Positions 56,337-64,000 of a stretch of DNA of 64,000 nucleotides are shown here, piece after piece. Position 1 is the stretch's first letter. The number at the start of each line of letters is the position of its first letter. The position numbers and the translations under genes were made by a program. A model generated the notes under the pieces. The model was given only the letters and a program-made list of their open reading frames with translations. It was not told the origin of the DNA and did not search any database. This DNA comes from Gaiellaceae bacterium (lineage in GTDB: Bacteria > Actinomycetota > Thermoleophilia > Gaiellales > Gaiellaceae), in the NCBI GenBank assembly GCA_036394915.1, contig DASWEE010000144.1:17142-81141 (forward strand), written 5' to 3'.

Positions 56337-56648
56337 GTGCGCGCAGTCGACCTCGCGATCTACGCCGACACGCTCGCGGGCGAGCACTCGGCGCTAGCCG
56401 CCCGCGCCGAGCAGGCGCGATCCCGCCTGCGCGAAGCCGCGATCGAACGCGACGCCCGCGCCCACCTCGACCCGGGAGTCGTCAAGGAGCTCGATGCTCT
56501 GGGCATCCTCGGCGGCATCGACGAGCGGACGGCCCGGAACGAGCTGCGCCGGCTCGAGCGAGCTCTCGCCGCGGTCGAAGAGCTGCAGTCGTGGGTCGAA
56601 GGGCGGCTCGGTGCGCAGACGCTTACGATCCACGAGTGCGCGAGCTGA
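56337..56648 (+). CDS. Hypothetical helical protein (103 aa)
   Basis: High GC3, GTG start, overlaps the yjbQ start by 13 nt. No family recognised. Confidence 0.45.
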   Translation: MRAVDLAIYADTLAGEHSALAARAEQARSRLREAAIERDARAHLDPGVVKELDALGILGGIDERTARNELRRLERALAAVEELQSWVEGRLGAQTLTIHECAS

Positions 56649-57031
56649 AGCTGGAGACGCACCGGAAGACCGAGCTCGTCGACATCACGCCGCTCGTGGC
56701 CGAGGCGGTCACCGGACAGGAAGGGAAGGCCGCGGCGCTGTTCGTCCCGCACACCACCGCCGGGATCGTCGTGCAGGCGAACGGCGGCCTTGCCGTGACG
56801 CACGACGTCGAGAGCGCGCTCGAGCGGATCGTCGACGAGGACTGGCCGTGGAAACACACCGAGGAGGAAGGAGATCGGAACCCGTGGTCGCACGTGCGCT
56901 CAGTCCTCACCGCCAGCTCACTGATCATCCCGCTTCGGGGCGGCGAGCTCGCGCTGGGATCGCTGCAGTCGATCTTCTTCTGCGAGTTCGACGGCCCGCG
57001 CGAGCGCAGCGTCTACGTCAGCGTGCTGTGA
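56636..57031 (+). CDS. yjbQ: YjbQ/UPF0047 family (secondary thiamine-phosphate synthase) protein
   Basis: 'ELVDITPLV', 'VPHTTAGIVVQAN', 'HVRSVLTASSLIIPL..GELALGSLQSIFFCEFDGPR'. Confidence 0.85.
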   Translation: MRELKLETHRKTELVDITPLVAEAVTGQEGKAAALFVPHTTAGIVVQANGGLAVTHDVESALERIVDEDWPWKHTEEEGDRNPWSHVRSVLTASSLIIPLRGGELALGSLQSIFFCEFDGPRERSVYVSVL

Positions 57032-57464
57032 GCGCCACGAGCAGCCCGCCGTCGGCATCGTAGGCGGGGAAGAAGTCCGCCTTCACGGCTTTCTCGTGCC
57101 CGGAGCTGGTCCGGATCCGGAGCTGCTCGCCGAGCCGCCGCACTCCCCATTCCAGCGACAGCTCGACCGGATTCTTGCCGTCGTTCCAGCCGCTCAGACC
57201 GAACGCGTCGATCACGTTGCGGCCGATCAGGTCCGGCTCCTTGAGCCCCGTCAGCTCGAACACGCCGCGGCCCGACGCCAGGATCCGCCCCTGGCCGTCG
57301 CAGGTGACGAACCCTGTGCTCGGCGCGGGGTAGTAGTCGTCCATCAGCTCGAACAGGAAGCCGAAGCCGCAGCGGTGGCAGGCGACGGCCTGGTCGCTCA
57401 ACCCCTCCACGCGGTCGATGTCGATCGACCGCTCCTTGCAGTTCGGGCAGATGAAGTACGGCAT
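57018..57464 (-). CDS. Zinc-ribbon plus PAS-like domain protein (148 aa)
   Basis: 'CPNC..(21)..CHRC', then 'GFVTCDGQGRILASGRGVFELTGLKEPDLIGRNVIDAF'. Confidence 0.65.
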   Translation of the reverse strand: MPYFICPNCKERSIDIDRVEGLSDQAVACHRCGFGFLFELMDDYYPAPSTGFVTCDGQGRILASGRGVFELTGLKEPDLIGRNVIDAFGLSGWNDGKNPVELSLEWGVRRLGEQLRIRTSSGHEKAVKADFFPAYDADGGLLVALTAR

Positions 57465-57477
57465 GCCTCGATCGTAC

Positions 57478-57627
57478 CCTCGCGTTCCTGAGACCCCGCT
57501 GCCGGTGCGGGGCCGGAGGGGATAGTGCTTTGCACAGACCCGGAGAGCACCGTGCCGGCAGCGGGGTCAGGCGGCGGCGGAGCCGGGCTTCGCCCGGCGG
57601 TAGCCGTCGCCGATCAGGGGCGTGAGG
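57478..57627 (+). repeat. 150-nt structured palindromic repeat, copy C (intergenic, abuts the corA stop)
   Basis: Helices CCTCGCGTTCC (57478-88)/GGGGCGTGAGG (57617-27), CCCCGCTGCCGG (57494-505)/CCGGCAGCGGGG (57555-66), GCCGGGC (57582-88)-ttc-GCCCGGC (57592-98). Confidence 0.9.
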
Positions 57628-58542
57628 CTAGATCCAGCGCTTGCGGCGGAAGTACCACAGCTGGAAAGCGGTCGTGACGATGATCAGGAACCAGGACCAC
57701 GGATAGCCCCAGACGCCGAAGCGGGTGATCTCGGGGATGTGGCGGAAGTTCTGGCCGTAGAGCCCGACGATGAAGGTCGGGACGAGCAGCAGCGACGCCA
57801 CTACGGTGAGCCGCTTCATCACCTCGTTCTGGTCGTTGGCGACCTTCGCCAGGTAGTAATCGCGGACGCTGCCGAGCAGGTCGCGTGAGTAGTCCATCCC
57901 TTCGCTTGCCCGTAGCGCCTTGTCGTAGGCGTTCCCGAACGCGATCTCGACGTTCTTCGTGAAGAGCGTGCCCGTGTCGACGTCGACACGGTCGTCGACG
58001 ACCTCGCGGATCGCGTCCCGCGTCGGGGAGAGCGTTCGCCGGATGTGGAGCATGTCGTGCCGGAGATCGGCAATCCGCCGCCGGATCTGCTGCGGCTTCC
58101 AGTCCTCGATGTGGTCGTCGAGCTCCTCGATCTCGTCGTTGAAAGCGTCGATCAAGTCAAGGTAGTCCTCGACGACCCAGTCGACGAGCCGGTAGACGAC
58201 CATGCCGGAATCGTCCGTGTCGCGAATCGACGCCTTGCAGCGCTCGATCTCGAACGGCTCTCCCTTCTCAGGTGTCTTCCGCACCGTGACCACCGCGTCC
58301 TTGGTCACGACAAGGTCGATCTCCTGGTAGTAGACGCGGTCCTCCTCTTCGACCGCGACCGCGACGAGCAGGATCCCGAAGACGTACTCGCCCTGCCCCT
58401 CGAGCCGCGGGCGCGGCTCGTCCTCGTGCCTCGCCGGCTGCATCAGCAGCTTGAGCGCGCCCTCGTGAATCGACTCGGGCAGAGCGTCGTGGAGCTCCTT
58501 CTCGCTCGGATCGAGAAGGTCGATCCAGTTCACTCCCGGCAT
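57628..58542 (-). CDS. corA: CorA family divalent-cation transporter with GQN in place of GMN
   Basis: Cytoplasmic funnel domain, two C-terminal TM helices, 'LYGQNF'. Confidence 0.9.
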   Translation of the reverse strand: MPGVNWIDLLDPSEKELHDALPESIHEGALKLLMQPARHEDEPRPRLEGQGEYVFGILLVAVAVEEEDRVYYQEIDLVVTKDAVVTVRKTPEKGEPFEIERCKASIRDTDDSGMVVYRLVDWVVEDYLDLIDAFNDEIEELDDHIEDWKPQQIRRRIADLRHDMLHIRRTLSPTRDAIREVVDDRVDVDTGTLFTKNVEIAFGNAYDKALRASEGMDYSRDLLGSVRDYYLAKVANDQNEVMKRLTVVASLLLVPTFIVGLYGQNFRHIPEITRFGVWGYPWSWFLIIVTTAFQLWYFRRKRWI

Positions 58543-58602
58543 GGGGCGAGACTAGCGTTGGCCTCGGCTGGCGCTAGCCGTCGCCGGTCAGGGACGGCTG
58601 GG

Positions 58603-59574
58603 CTAGACCGAGCGGGGGGCGGCGAGGGCCGTGTGCTCGTGGCCCTCGAGCGCGGCGAGGTACCGCTCCGCGTCGAGTGCGGCCATACAGCCCGACCCGG
58701 CTGCCGTCACAGCCTGCCGGTACTTGTGATCCTGGACGTCTCCGGCGGCGAACACACCGGGGACGTTCGTCTCGGTCGAGCCGGGCTTCGCGACCAGATA
58801 GCCCGCCTCGTCGTGGGCGAGCTGGTCGAGGAAGAGCTTCGTGTTCGGGTCGTGGCCGATCGCGACGAACACGGCGTCGGCCTCCACGTTCCAGTTCTTG
58901 TCCGAGACGGTCGAGTCGAGCCGCACGCCGCTCATCTTCTCCTCGCCGAGCACCTCGCCGACGACAGCATTCGTGACGAACTCGATCTTCTCGTTCCCGC
59001 GCGCGCGGTCGAGCATGATCGGCGAGGCGCGGAACTCGTCGCGGCGGTGGACGATCGTCACCTTGTCGGCGAACTTCGCCAGGAAGATCGCCTCCTCCAT
59101 CGCCGAGTCGCCGCCGCCGACGACGATCACGTCGCTCTCCCGCCAGAAGGCCGCGTCGCAGACCGCACAGTACGACACCCCCTTGCCCTGCAGCCGCAGC
59201 TCGGACTTGAGCCCGATCTGCCTGGCCGTCGCTCCGGTCGCGACGATCACGGTCTCGGCGCGGTGCTCGTCGTCGCCGACGAAGACGGAGAACGGGCGCT
59301 CGGAGAAGTCGACCCGCGTGACGTCGTCGGTGATGAACTCGGCGCCGAAGCGCTCGGACTGGCGGCGGAACTCGGCCATCATCTCGGGCCCGAGCACGCC
59401 GTCGGGATAGCCGGGGTAGTTCTCGACGTCGCTCGTGATCATCAGCTGCCCGCCCCAGGCGAACCCCTCGATCACGAGCGGATCCAGGTTGGCGCGCGCG
59501 CTGTAGAGCGCAGCCGTATAGCCGGCGGGTCCACCGCCGATCACGATCAGTTTGCGGACGTCGTTTCCGTTCAT
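58603..59574 (-). CDS. trxB: Thioredoxin-disulfide reductase
   Basis: 'VIGGGPAGYTAALY', redox 'CAVCDAAF', 'VVGGGDSAMEEA'. ATG 59574 chosen as start; the track ORF extends to 59838. Confidence 0.95.
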   Translation of the reverse strand: MNGNDVRKLIVIGGGPAGYTAALYSARANLDPLVIEGFAWGGQLMITSDVENYPGYPDGVLGPEMMAEFRRQSERFGAEFITDDVTRVDFSERPFSVFVGDDEHRAETVIVATGATARQIGLKSELRLQGKGVSYCAVCDAAFWRESDVIVVGGGDSAMEEAIFLAKFADKVTIVHRRDEFRASPIMLDRARGNEKIEFVTNAVVGEVLGEEKMSGVRLDSTVSDKNWNVEADAVFVAIGHDPNTKLFLDQLAHDEAGYLVAKPGSTETNVPGVFAAGDVQDHKYRQAVTAAGSGCMAALDAERYLAALEGHEHTALAAPRSV

Positions 59575-59712
59575 AGCTCCTACGCTAATAAACGAGCCGG
59601 ATGGGTGCTGTGTTCCCACGGTACTAGCCGGTGCGCGACCGTGAAGAAGTCGTACCGCACGTATGCATAAAATCGAACATTCTGTGGTAGAGGGATTGCG
59701 CGAAAGGGGCGA

Positions 59713-60846
59713 ATGGCGGGAACCGTAAGCTGGGACAGCCTGCGAGAGCTGGCGAGCTTCCAAGCCGAACACGGCTGCGCAATCACCCTGTACGTCGATC
59801 TCGATCCGAGCATCGTTCCCACCGCGGGCGACGCGCACACGCGCGTCAACTCACTGCTCGACTCGGTCAAGGCCAACGGCCCGCGCTCGCTGACCCACGC
59901 GCAGCGCGAGGCGCTCAAGGCCGACATCGGGCGCATTCGCGGCTACTTCGACCAGGAGTTCAACCGCGACGGGGCGCATGGGCTGGCGCTCTTCTGCGCG
60001 GGCCTCGACAACTTCTGGAATCCGCTCGCGCTGACGGACTCGGTGCCGGACGAGGTCAAGATCGGAAGGGCGTTCTACCTGGCGCCGCTCGTCCCGCTGG
60101 TCGGCCGCGGGGAGGGCGCGGTCGTCGCCTTCGTCGGCCGTGAGCAGGGGAAGGTCTATCGGCTGCAGGCCGGCCGCCTGCACGAGCTGGCTGACCTGTC
60201 GGAAAGACTGCCGGGACGACACGACCAGGGCGGGTGGTCTCAGGCGAACTACCAGCGGCACATCGAGTCGCTCCTGCTCGAGCATCTCCGCCGCGTGGCC
60301 GACGAGCTCGACCGGCAGGTGCGCAGGCTGCGCGGGCCGAGTGTCGTGATCGTCTCCTCGGACGAGACCCGCGGCGAGCTGTCCGACATGCTGACGCCCG
60401 CGGTTCAGAAGGCCGTTGTCGGCTGGACGCAGGCGGAGGCCCACGCCTCGCCGAGCGAGCTGCTCGGGGTCGCGCGCCCCGTGCTGGAACGCTGGCGCGA
60501 GCAGGAGGAGCAAGCGGCGGTCGAGCGCTGGCGCGAGGAGGCCGGCCGTAACGGCCGCGCCGCCGCCGGCTGGGAGGAGACGCTGGAGGCCGCCTCCGAT
60601 GCCCGCGTCGAGGTGCTGCTGTACGAGCTCGGCGCCGACCGCCCGGCCTGGGAGTGCCCCAAGTGCGGGCGCGCCTCGGTCAGCGCCGGCAACTGCCCGC
60701 TCGACGGAACCCGGATGGAGGAGCAGGAGCACGGCCTCGACGTCGCCGTCCACCAGACGCTCGGCCACGGGGGAACGGTGTGGGCGCTGCGCCACCGGCA
60801 GGATCTCGAGCCGGTCGAGGGGATCGGCGCCCTCTTGCGTTTCTGA
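59713..60846 (+). CDS. eRF1-like (bacterial/archaeal eRF1 'baeRF'-type) protein with GGWSQ loop and zinc-ribbon insert
   Basis: 'PGRHDQGGWSQANYQRHIE' parallels the eRF1 GGQ loop. Three-domain length (377 aa). 'WECPKCGR...CPLDG'. Confidence 0.75.
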   Translation: MAGTVSWDSLRELASFQAEHGCAITLYVDLDPSIVPTAGDAHTRVNSLLDSVKANGPRSLTHAQREALKADIGRIRGYFDQEFNRDGAHGLALFCAGLDNFWNPLALTDSVPDEVKIGRAFYLAPLVPLVGRGEGAVVAFVGREQGKVYRLQAGRLHELADLSERLPGRHDQGGWSQANYQRHIESLLLEHLRRVADELDRQVRRLRGPSVVIVSSDETRGELSDMLTPAVQKAVVGWTQAEAHASPSELLGVARPVLERWREQEEQAAVERWREEAGRNGRAAAGWEETLEAASDARVEVLLYELGADRPAWECPKCGRASVSAGNCPLDGTRMEEQEHGLDVAVHQTLGHGGTVWALRHRQDLEPVEGIGALLRF

Positions 60847-60870
60847 GCGCTCGAGCGACCGCCCGCCTGC

Positions 60871-60946
60871 GGGGCCACCAGCCTCCTCCCCACTGCGATC
60901 GTAATGCGAAAACTCGTACGGATGTGAGACGGGACCGTGCGGAAAG
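60871..60946 (+). repeat. 76-nt conserved element, copy 2 (plus orientation), 3' of the eRF1-like gene and 5' of aconitase
   Basis: See 41740..41815. Hairpin GGGG(60871-74)-ccaccagcctcct-CCCC(60888-91). Confidence 0.7.
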
Positions 60947-60998
60947 CGCGCCGGTGCGGGTGAGGCGTCGCCGGCGCGCGAGCCGTTAGGCTCTAGAC

Positions 60999-62948
60999 AT
61001 GGCCTCGTTGGCGCGCACGATCCTGGAAGAGCACCTCGTCCGAGGCGAGCTGACGCCCGGCACGGAGATCGGGATCGAAGTCGATCAGACCTTGACCCAG
61101 GACACCACCGGGACGATGGCGATGATGCAGTTCGAGGAGTTCGGGGTCGATCGGGTCCAGGTCGAGACCGCCGTCCAGTACGTGGACCACAACCTGCTCC
61201 AGATCGACTTCAAGAATCCGGACGACCACCGCTTTCTGCAGGCGATGGCCGCGCACTACGGCCTCTGGTTCTCGCGCCCGGGGAACGGCATCTGCCACTA
61301 CGTGCACTGCGAGCGCTTCGCCAAGCCCGGGCAGACGCTGGTCGGCGCCGACAGCCACACCACTCAGTCGGGCTCCTGCGCGATGATCGCGATCGGCGCC
61401 GGGGGCCTCGATGCCGCCGTCTGCATGGCAGGCCATCCCTTCGAGCTGCCCTGCCCGATGATCGTCGGCGTCTTCCTCGACAACGAGCTCGAACGCCCCT
61501 GGATCCAGTCCAAGGACATCATCCTCGAGTTGCTGCGCCGCCGCGGAGTGCGGGGCGGCCGGGGGGCGATCTTCGAGTTCACCGGACCCGGCACCGCTTC
61601 GCTCTCGTATACGGAGCGGGGGACGATCGCCAACATGATCGCCGAGCTCGGGGCGACCGGGGCGATCTTCCCCTCGGATGAGCGGACGCGCGAGTGGCTC
61701 GAGGAGCAGCAGCGCGAGGACGACTTCGTCGAGCTGCCAACCGGCGACACCGGCGACTTCGACGAGGAGGAGCACATCGACCTCGCACAGCTCGTTCCGC
61801 TCGTCGCCAAGCCGTCGAGCCCCGAGAACGTCGTCTCCGTCGAGGAGGTCGTCGGGACGCCGCTCGCCCAGGTCTGCATCGGCTCCTCGGTCAACTCCTC
61901 GTACGAGGATCTCGCCGTGGTCGGCTCCGTGCTTCGGGGGCAACGAATCTCCGAGCAGCTGATCTCCGCGACGGCGACGCCAGGCTCCCGGCAGATCCTC
62001 GACCAGATCACTCGCTCGGGCACCTACGTCGACCTGCTGATGGCCGGCGTGCGCATGCTCGAGCCCGCGTGCGGCCCCTGCGTCGGCATGGGGCAGGCGC
62101 CTCCGTCCGGGACGAACTCGCTCCGCACCTTCAATCGCAACTTCAAGGGGCGGACGGGCACGGCCGACGACAGCGTCTATCTCTGCTCGCCCGCGATCGC
62201 TGCCGCGTCGATGCTGAACGGTGAGATCTCCGACCCGCGCGGGCTTCCGGACGTGGAGCTACCGGAACGGCCGCGGGCGCGGCCCGAGGTCGTCCAGCTG
62301 CACATTCTCGCGCCCCCGCCGGAGGAGGAGGCGCGCTCGATCGAGATTCCGCGCAACCTCCCGAACATCCATCCCCCGCCCGATCAGAAGCCTTTGCCGG
62401 ACGCGCTTGAGCTGCGCGTCCTGATCGTCGCCCCCGACGACATCACGACCGGCGACCTCTCGCCCGACGGCGCAACGGTGATGGCGTACCGCTCCAACGT
62501 GCCCGCGATCGCCGAGTTCACCTTCCAGCATCGCGACAAGGAGTTCCCGCGACGCGCGAGGGAGTGGGGCGGAGGCTTCATCGTCGCCGGCCACAACTAC
62601 GGTCAGGGATCGAGCCGCGAGCACGCGGCGCTCGCGCCGGCTCAGCTGGGCGTGCGCGCGGTGATCGCGAAGAGCTTCGCCCGCATCCACCGCCGCAACC
62701 TGATCGCGCAGGGGATCGTGCCGCTCCTGTTCAAGGACGAGTCCGACTACGACAAGGCCAAGCTGGGAAAGACCTGGCGGATCTCGGAGCTGCACTCGAT
62801 CGCCGACGGCAACGACGAGATCCCGTGCGAGATCGAGGGTGGGGAGCAGATCACGCTCACGCACGACTTCCTTCCGCGCGAGCGCGAGATCGTCGTCGCC
62901 GGCGGGCTGATCCGCTACCTGAAAGCGCAGGCCGCCGCCACGGCCTAG
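60999..62948 (+). CDS. acn: Aconitate hydratase (short bacterial aconitase-family enzyme, 649 aa)
   Basis: 'GADSHT', 'CGPCVGMG', 'NRNFKGR', swivel domain 'GHNYGQGSSREHAA'. Confidence 0.9.
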   Translation: MASLARTILEEHLVRGELTPGTEIGIEVDQTLTQDTTGTMAMMQFEEFGVDRVQVETAVQYVDHNLLQIDFKNPDDHRFLQAMAAHYGLWFSRPGNGICHYVHCERFAKPGQTLVGADSHTTQSGSCAMIAIGAGGLDAAVCMAGHPFELPCPMIVGVFLDNELERPWIQSKDIILELLRRRGVRGGRGAIFEFTGPGTASLSYTERGTIANMIAELGATGAIFPSDERTREWLEEQQREDDFVELPTGDTGDFDEEEHIDLAQLVPLVAKPSSPENVVSVEEVVGTPLAQVCIGSSVNSSYEDLAVVGSVLRGQRISEQLISATATPGSRQILDQITRSGTYVDLLMAGVRMLEPACGPCVGMGQAPPSGTNSLRTFNRNFKGRTGTADDSVYLCSPAIAAASMLNGEISDPRGLPDVELPERPRARPEVVQLHILAPPPEEEARSIEIPRNLPNIHPPPDQKPLPDALELRVLIVAPDDITTGDLSPDGATVMAYRSNVPAIAEFTFQHRDKEFPRRAREWGGGFIVAGHNYGQGSSREHAALAPAQLGVRAVIAKSFARIHRRNLIAQGIVPLLFKDESDYDKAKLGKTWRISELHSIADGNDEIPCEIEGGEQITLTHDFLPREREIVVAGGLIRYLKAQAAATA

Positions 62949-63982
62949 GCCGCGTCGAGCGCGCGCGGAAGCTCGCTCACCGTCTCGCCGGCCTCCAGCT
63001 CCTGCGAGTCGGTCGCCTGCTCGAGCTTCGTCTCGAAGCGGGTCAACCGCTTCTCGGCGTCGTCGAACCGGTCACGCGCGTTCCCGAGGTGCTTGCCGAC
63101 GAGGTCGAAGTCCTCGCGGAAGCGCCCGAAGTCCTTCTGCAGCTGGGCGCAGTACGCCATCACCTCGTGCGCGTGCTGCTCGATCTGGAGCCCCTTCAGC
63201 CCGAGCACGATCATCTGCAGGTAGGCCGTGAAGGTCGTCGGCGACACCGGCACCACCCGCCGCTCGTGCGCGTACTGGAGCAGCGCGCCGGTCTTGCCGC
63301 AGGCGAGCTCGTAGTAGATCGCCTCCGAGGGCAGGTACATGAACGCGAAGTCGAACGTGCCCTCGTCGGGGCGGATGTACTTGGACGAGATCGCGTCGAT
63401 GTGAATCTTGACGTCGCGCGCGAACGCCTTCTCGGCCAGCTCGCGCGCGGCTGCGTCCTCGGCGTCGACGAGCCGCTCGAAGTTGTCGAGCGGGAACTTG
63501 GCGTCGATCGGCGCGAGCTGCTTGTCGACGTGGATGACCGCGTCGACGCGCTCCCCGGTTCGGAACCCGTACTGGAGCGAGTACGCCTGCGGCGGCAGCC
63601 GGTCCGCGAGCAGGTTGCCGAGCAGCAACTCGCCGAAGCCGCCCCGGGCCTTCGGCGGCCGCAGCAGCTGCTGGAGCTGCCCGAGACCCTTGGCCTGCTC
63701 GGCCAGCTGCTCGGTCGCTCGCCCGACGTCGCCGAGCTGCTTGTGGATCGCGTTCGTCTGCTTCGACGCGTTCTCGAGCCGGCGGTCGACCTTCGTGTCG
63801 AGCTCGCCGAGCCGGCGATCCATCGTCTCGATCACGCCCTGGAGCCGCCGCTCGACCGTGGCATTCCTGCTCTCGAACTGTGCAGAGCTGTCCGAGCGGA
63901 GGGAGGCGAACGAGCGTGCGAGCCAGGCCGCGAGCGCCGCGAGCGCAAGGAACAAGAGGACGATGAGTACGGCCACGAGCAT
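62945..63982 (-). CDS. rmuC: DNA recombination protein RmuC
   Basis: N-terminal TM helix, coiled coil, nuclease-like C-terminal part 'VDAVIHV...PIDAKFPL', 'AFMYLPSEAIYYE'. Confidence 0.85.
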   Translation of the reverse strand: MLVAVLIVLLFLALAALAAWLARSFASLRSDSSAQFESRNATVERRLQGVIETMDRRLGELDTKVDRRLENASKQTNAIHKQLGDVGRATEQLAEQAKGLGQLQQLLRPPKARGGFGELLLGNLLADRLPPQAYSLQYGFRTGERVDAVIHVDKQLAPIDAKFPLDNFERLVDAEDAAARELAEKAFARDVKIHIDAISSKYIRPDEGTFDFAFMYLPSEAIYYELACGKTGALLQYAHERRVVPVSPTTFTAYLQMIVLGLKGLQIEQHAHEVMAYCAQLQKDFGRFREDFDLVGKHLGNARDRFDDAEKRLTRFETKLEQATDSQELEAGETVSELPRALDAA

Positions 63983-64000
63983 GGCCGCGGAACGCTAGCG

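Noticed and set aside
57465-57627. Helix 3 of the repeat (GCCGGGC-ttc-GCCCGGC) as an intrinsic terminator.
   Set aside because: No U-tract follows it on either strand, and the same hairpin occurs inside the addA coding sequence.
59575-59712. Specific -35/-10 promoter calls in the AT-richer trxB / eRF1-like divergent region (for example 'CATAAAAT').
   Set aside because: I could not pair a -10-like hexamer with a properly spaced -35 element, so I mention the region only as a likely divergent promoter region.
1-64000. tRNA, rRNA, tmRNA, CRISPR, transposase or integrase genes.
   Set aside because: No T-loop-like GGTTCGAAT/GTTCRA contexts lie outside coding frames. No intergenic region is longer than about 210 nt. 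No spaced direct repeats are present. No DDE or tyrosine-recombinase motifs appear in any credible ORF.

Overview
This is a high-GC (roughly 70%) bacterial chromosomal segment with actinobacterium-like gene order, possibly Thermoleophilia or Rubrobacteria-like; that placement is inference only. It is almost entirely densely packed housekeeping genes. In order: priA-def-fmt-rsmB-rpe, a riboflavin operon (ribD-ribE-ribBA-ribH), rpmB-recG, rsmD-coaD-yceD-[ABC-F]-rpmF-plsX-acpP-rnc, smc-ftsY, ffh-rpsP-KH-rimM-trmD-lepB-rplS-rnhB-yraN-[MTase]-comM-dprA, pntAA/AB/B, a frameshifted topoisomerase IB, addB-addA, nth, corA, trxB, an eRF1-like protein, aconitase and rmuC. I found no tRNA, rRNA, CRISPR array, transposase, integrase or recognisable defence island. 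Many long ORFs in the supplied track are antisense or off-frame artefacts of the GC content, with Arg/Ala/Pro/Gly-rich translations. The most interesting signal is not a gene. It is a ~150-nt repeat in three same-orientation copies that folds into three helices, each supported by compensatory base changes between copies. One copy is intergenic, one sits in-frame inside the AddA helicase core (exactly 50 codons), and one is read through as a C-terminal tail of RsmD, ending at the coaD start. A second ~76-nt conserved element occurs twice, each time directly 3' of a stop codon, and presents a CCUCCU loop. Other observations: lumazine synthase and ribosomal protein L19 carry long acidic low-complexity extensions; signal peptidase I is fused to a J-like domain lacking HPD; an eRF1-like protein has GGWSQ in place of GGQ; an ABC-F ATPase is inserted between yceD and rpmF; a lower-GC two-gene cassette apparently splits a NUDIX gene; rnc has no canonical start codon; and two genes are frameshifted. 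All family calls come from motif recognition by eye. No database searches were run.
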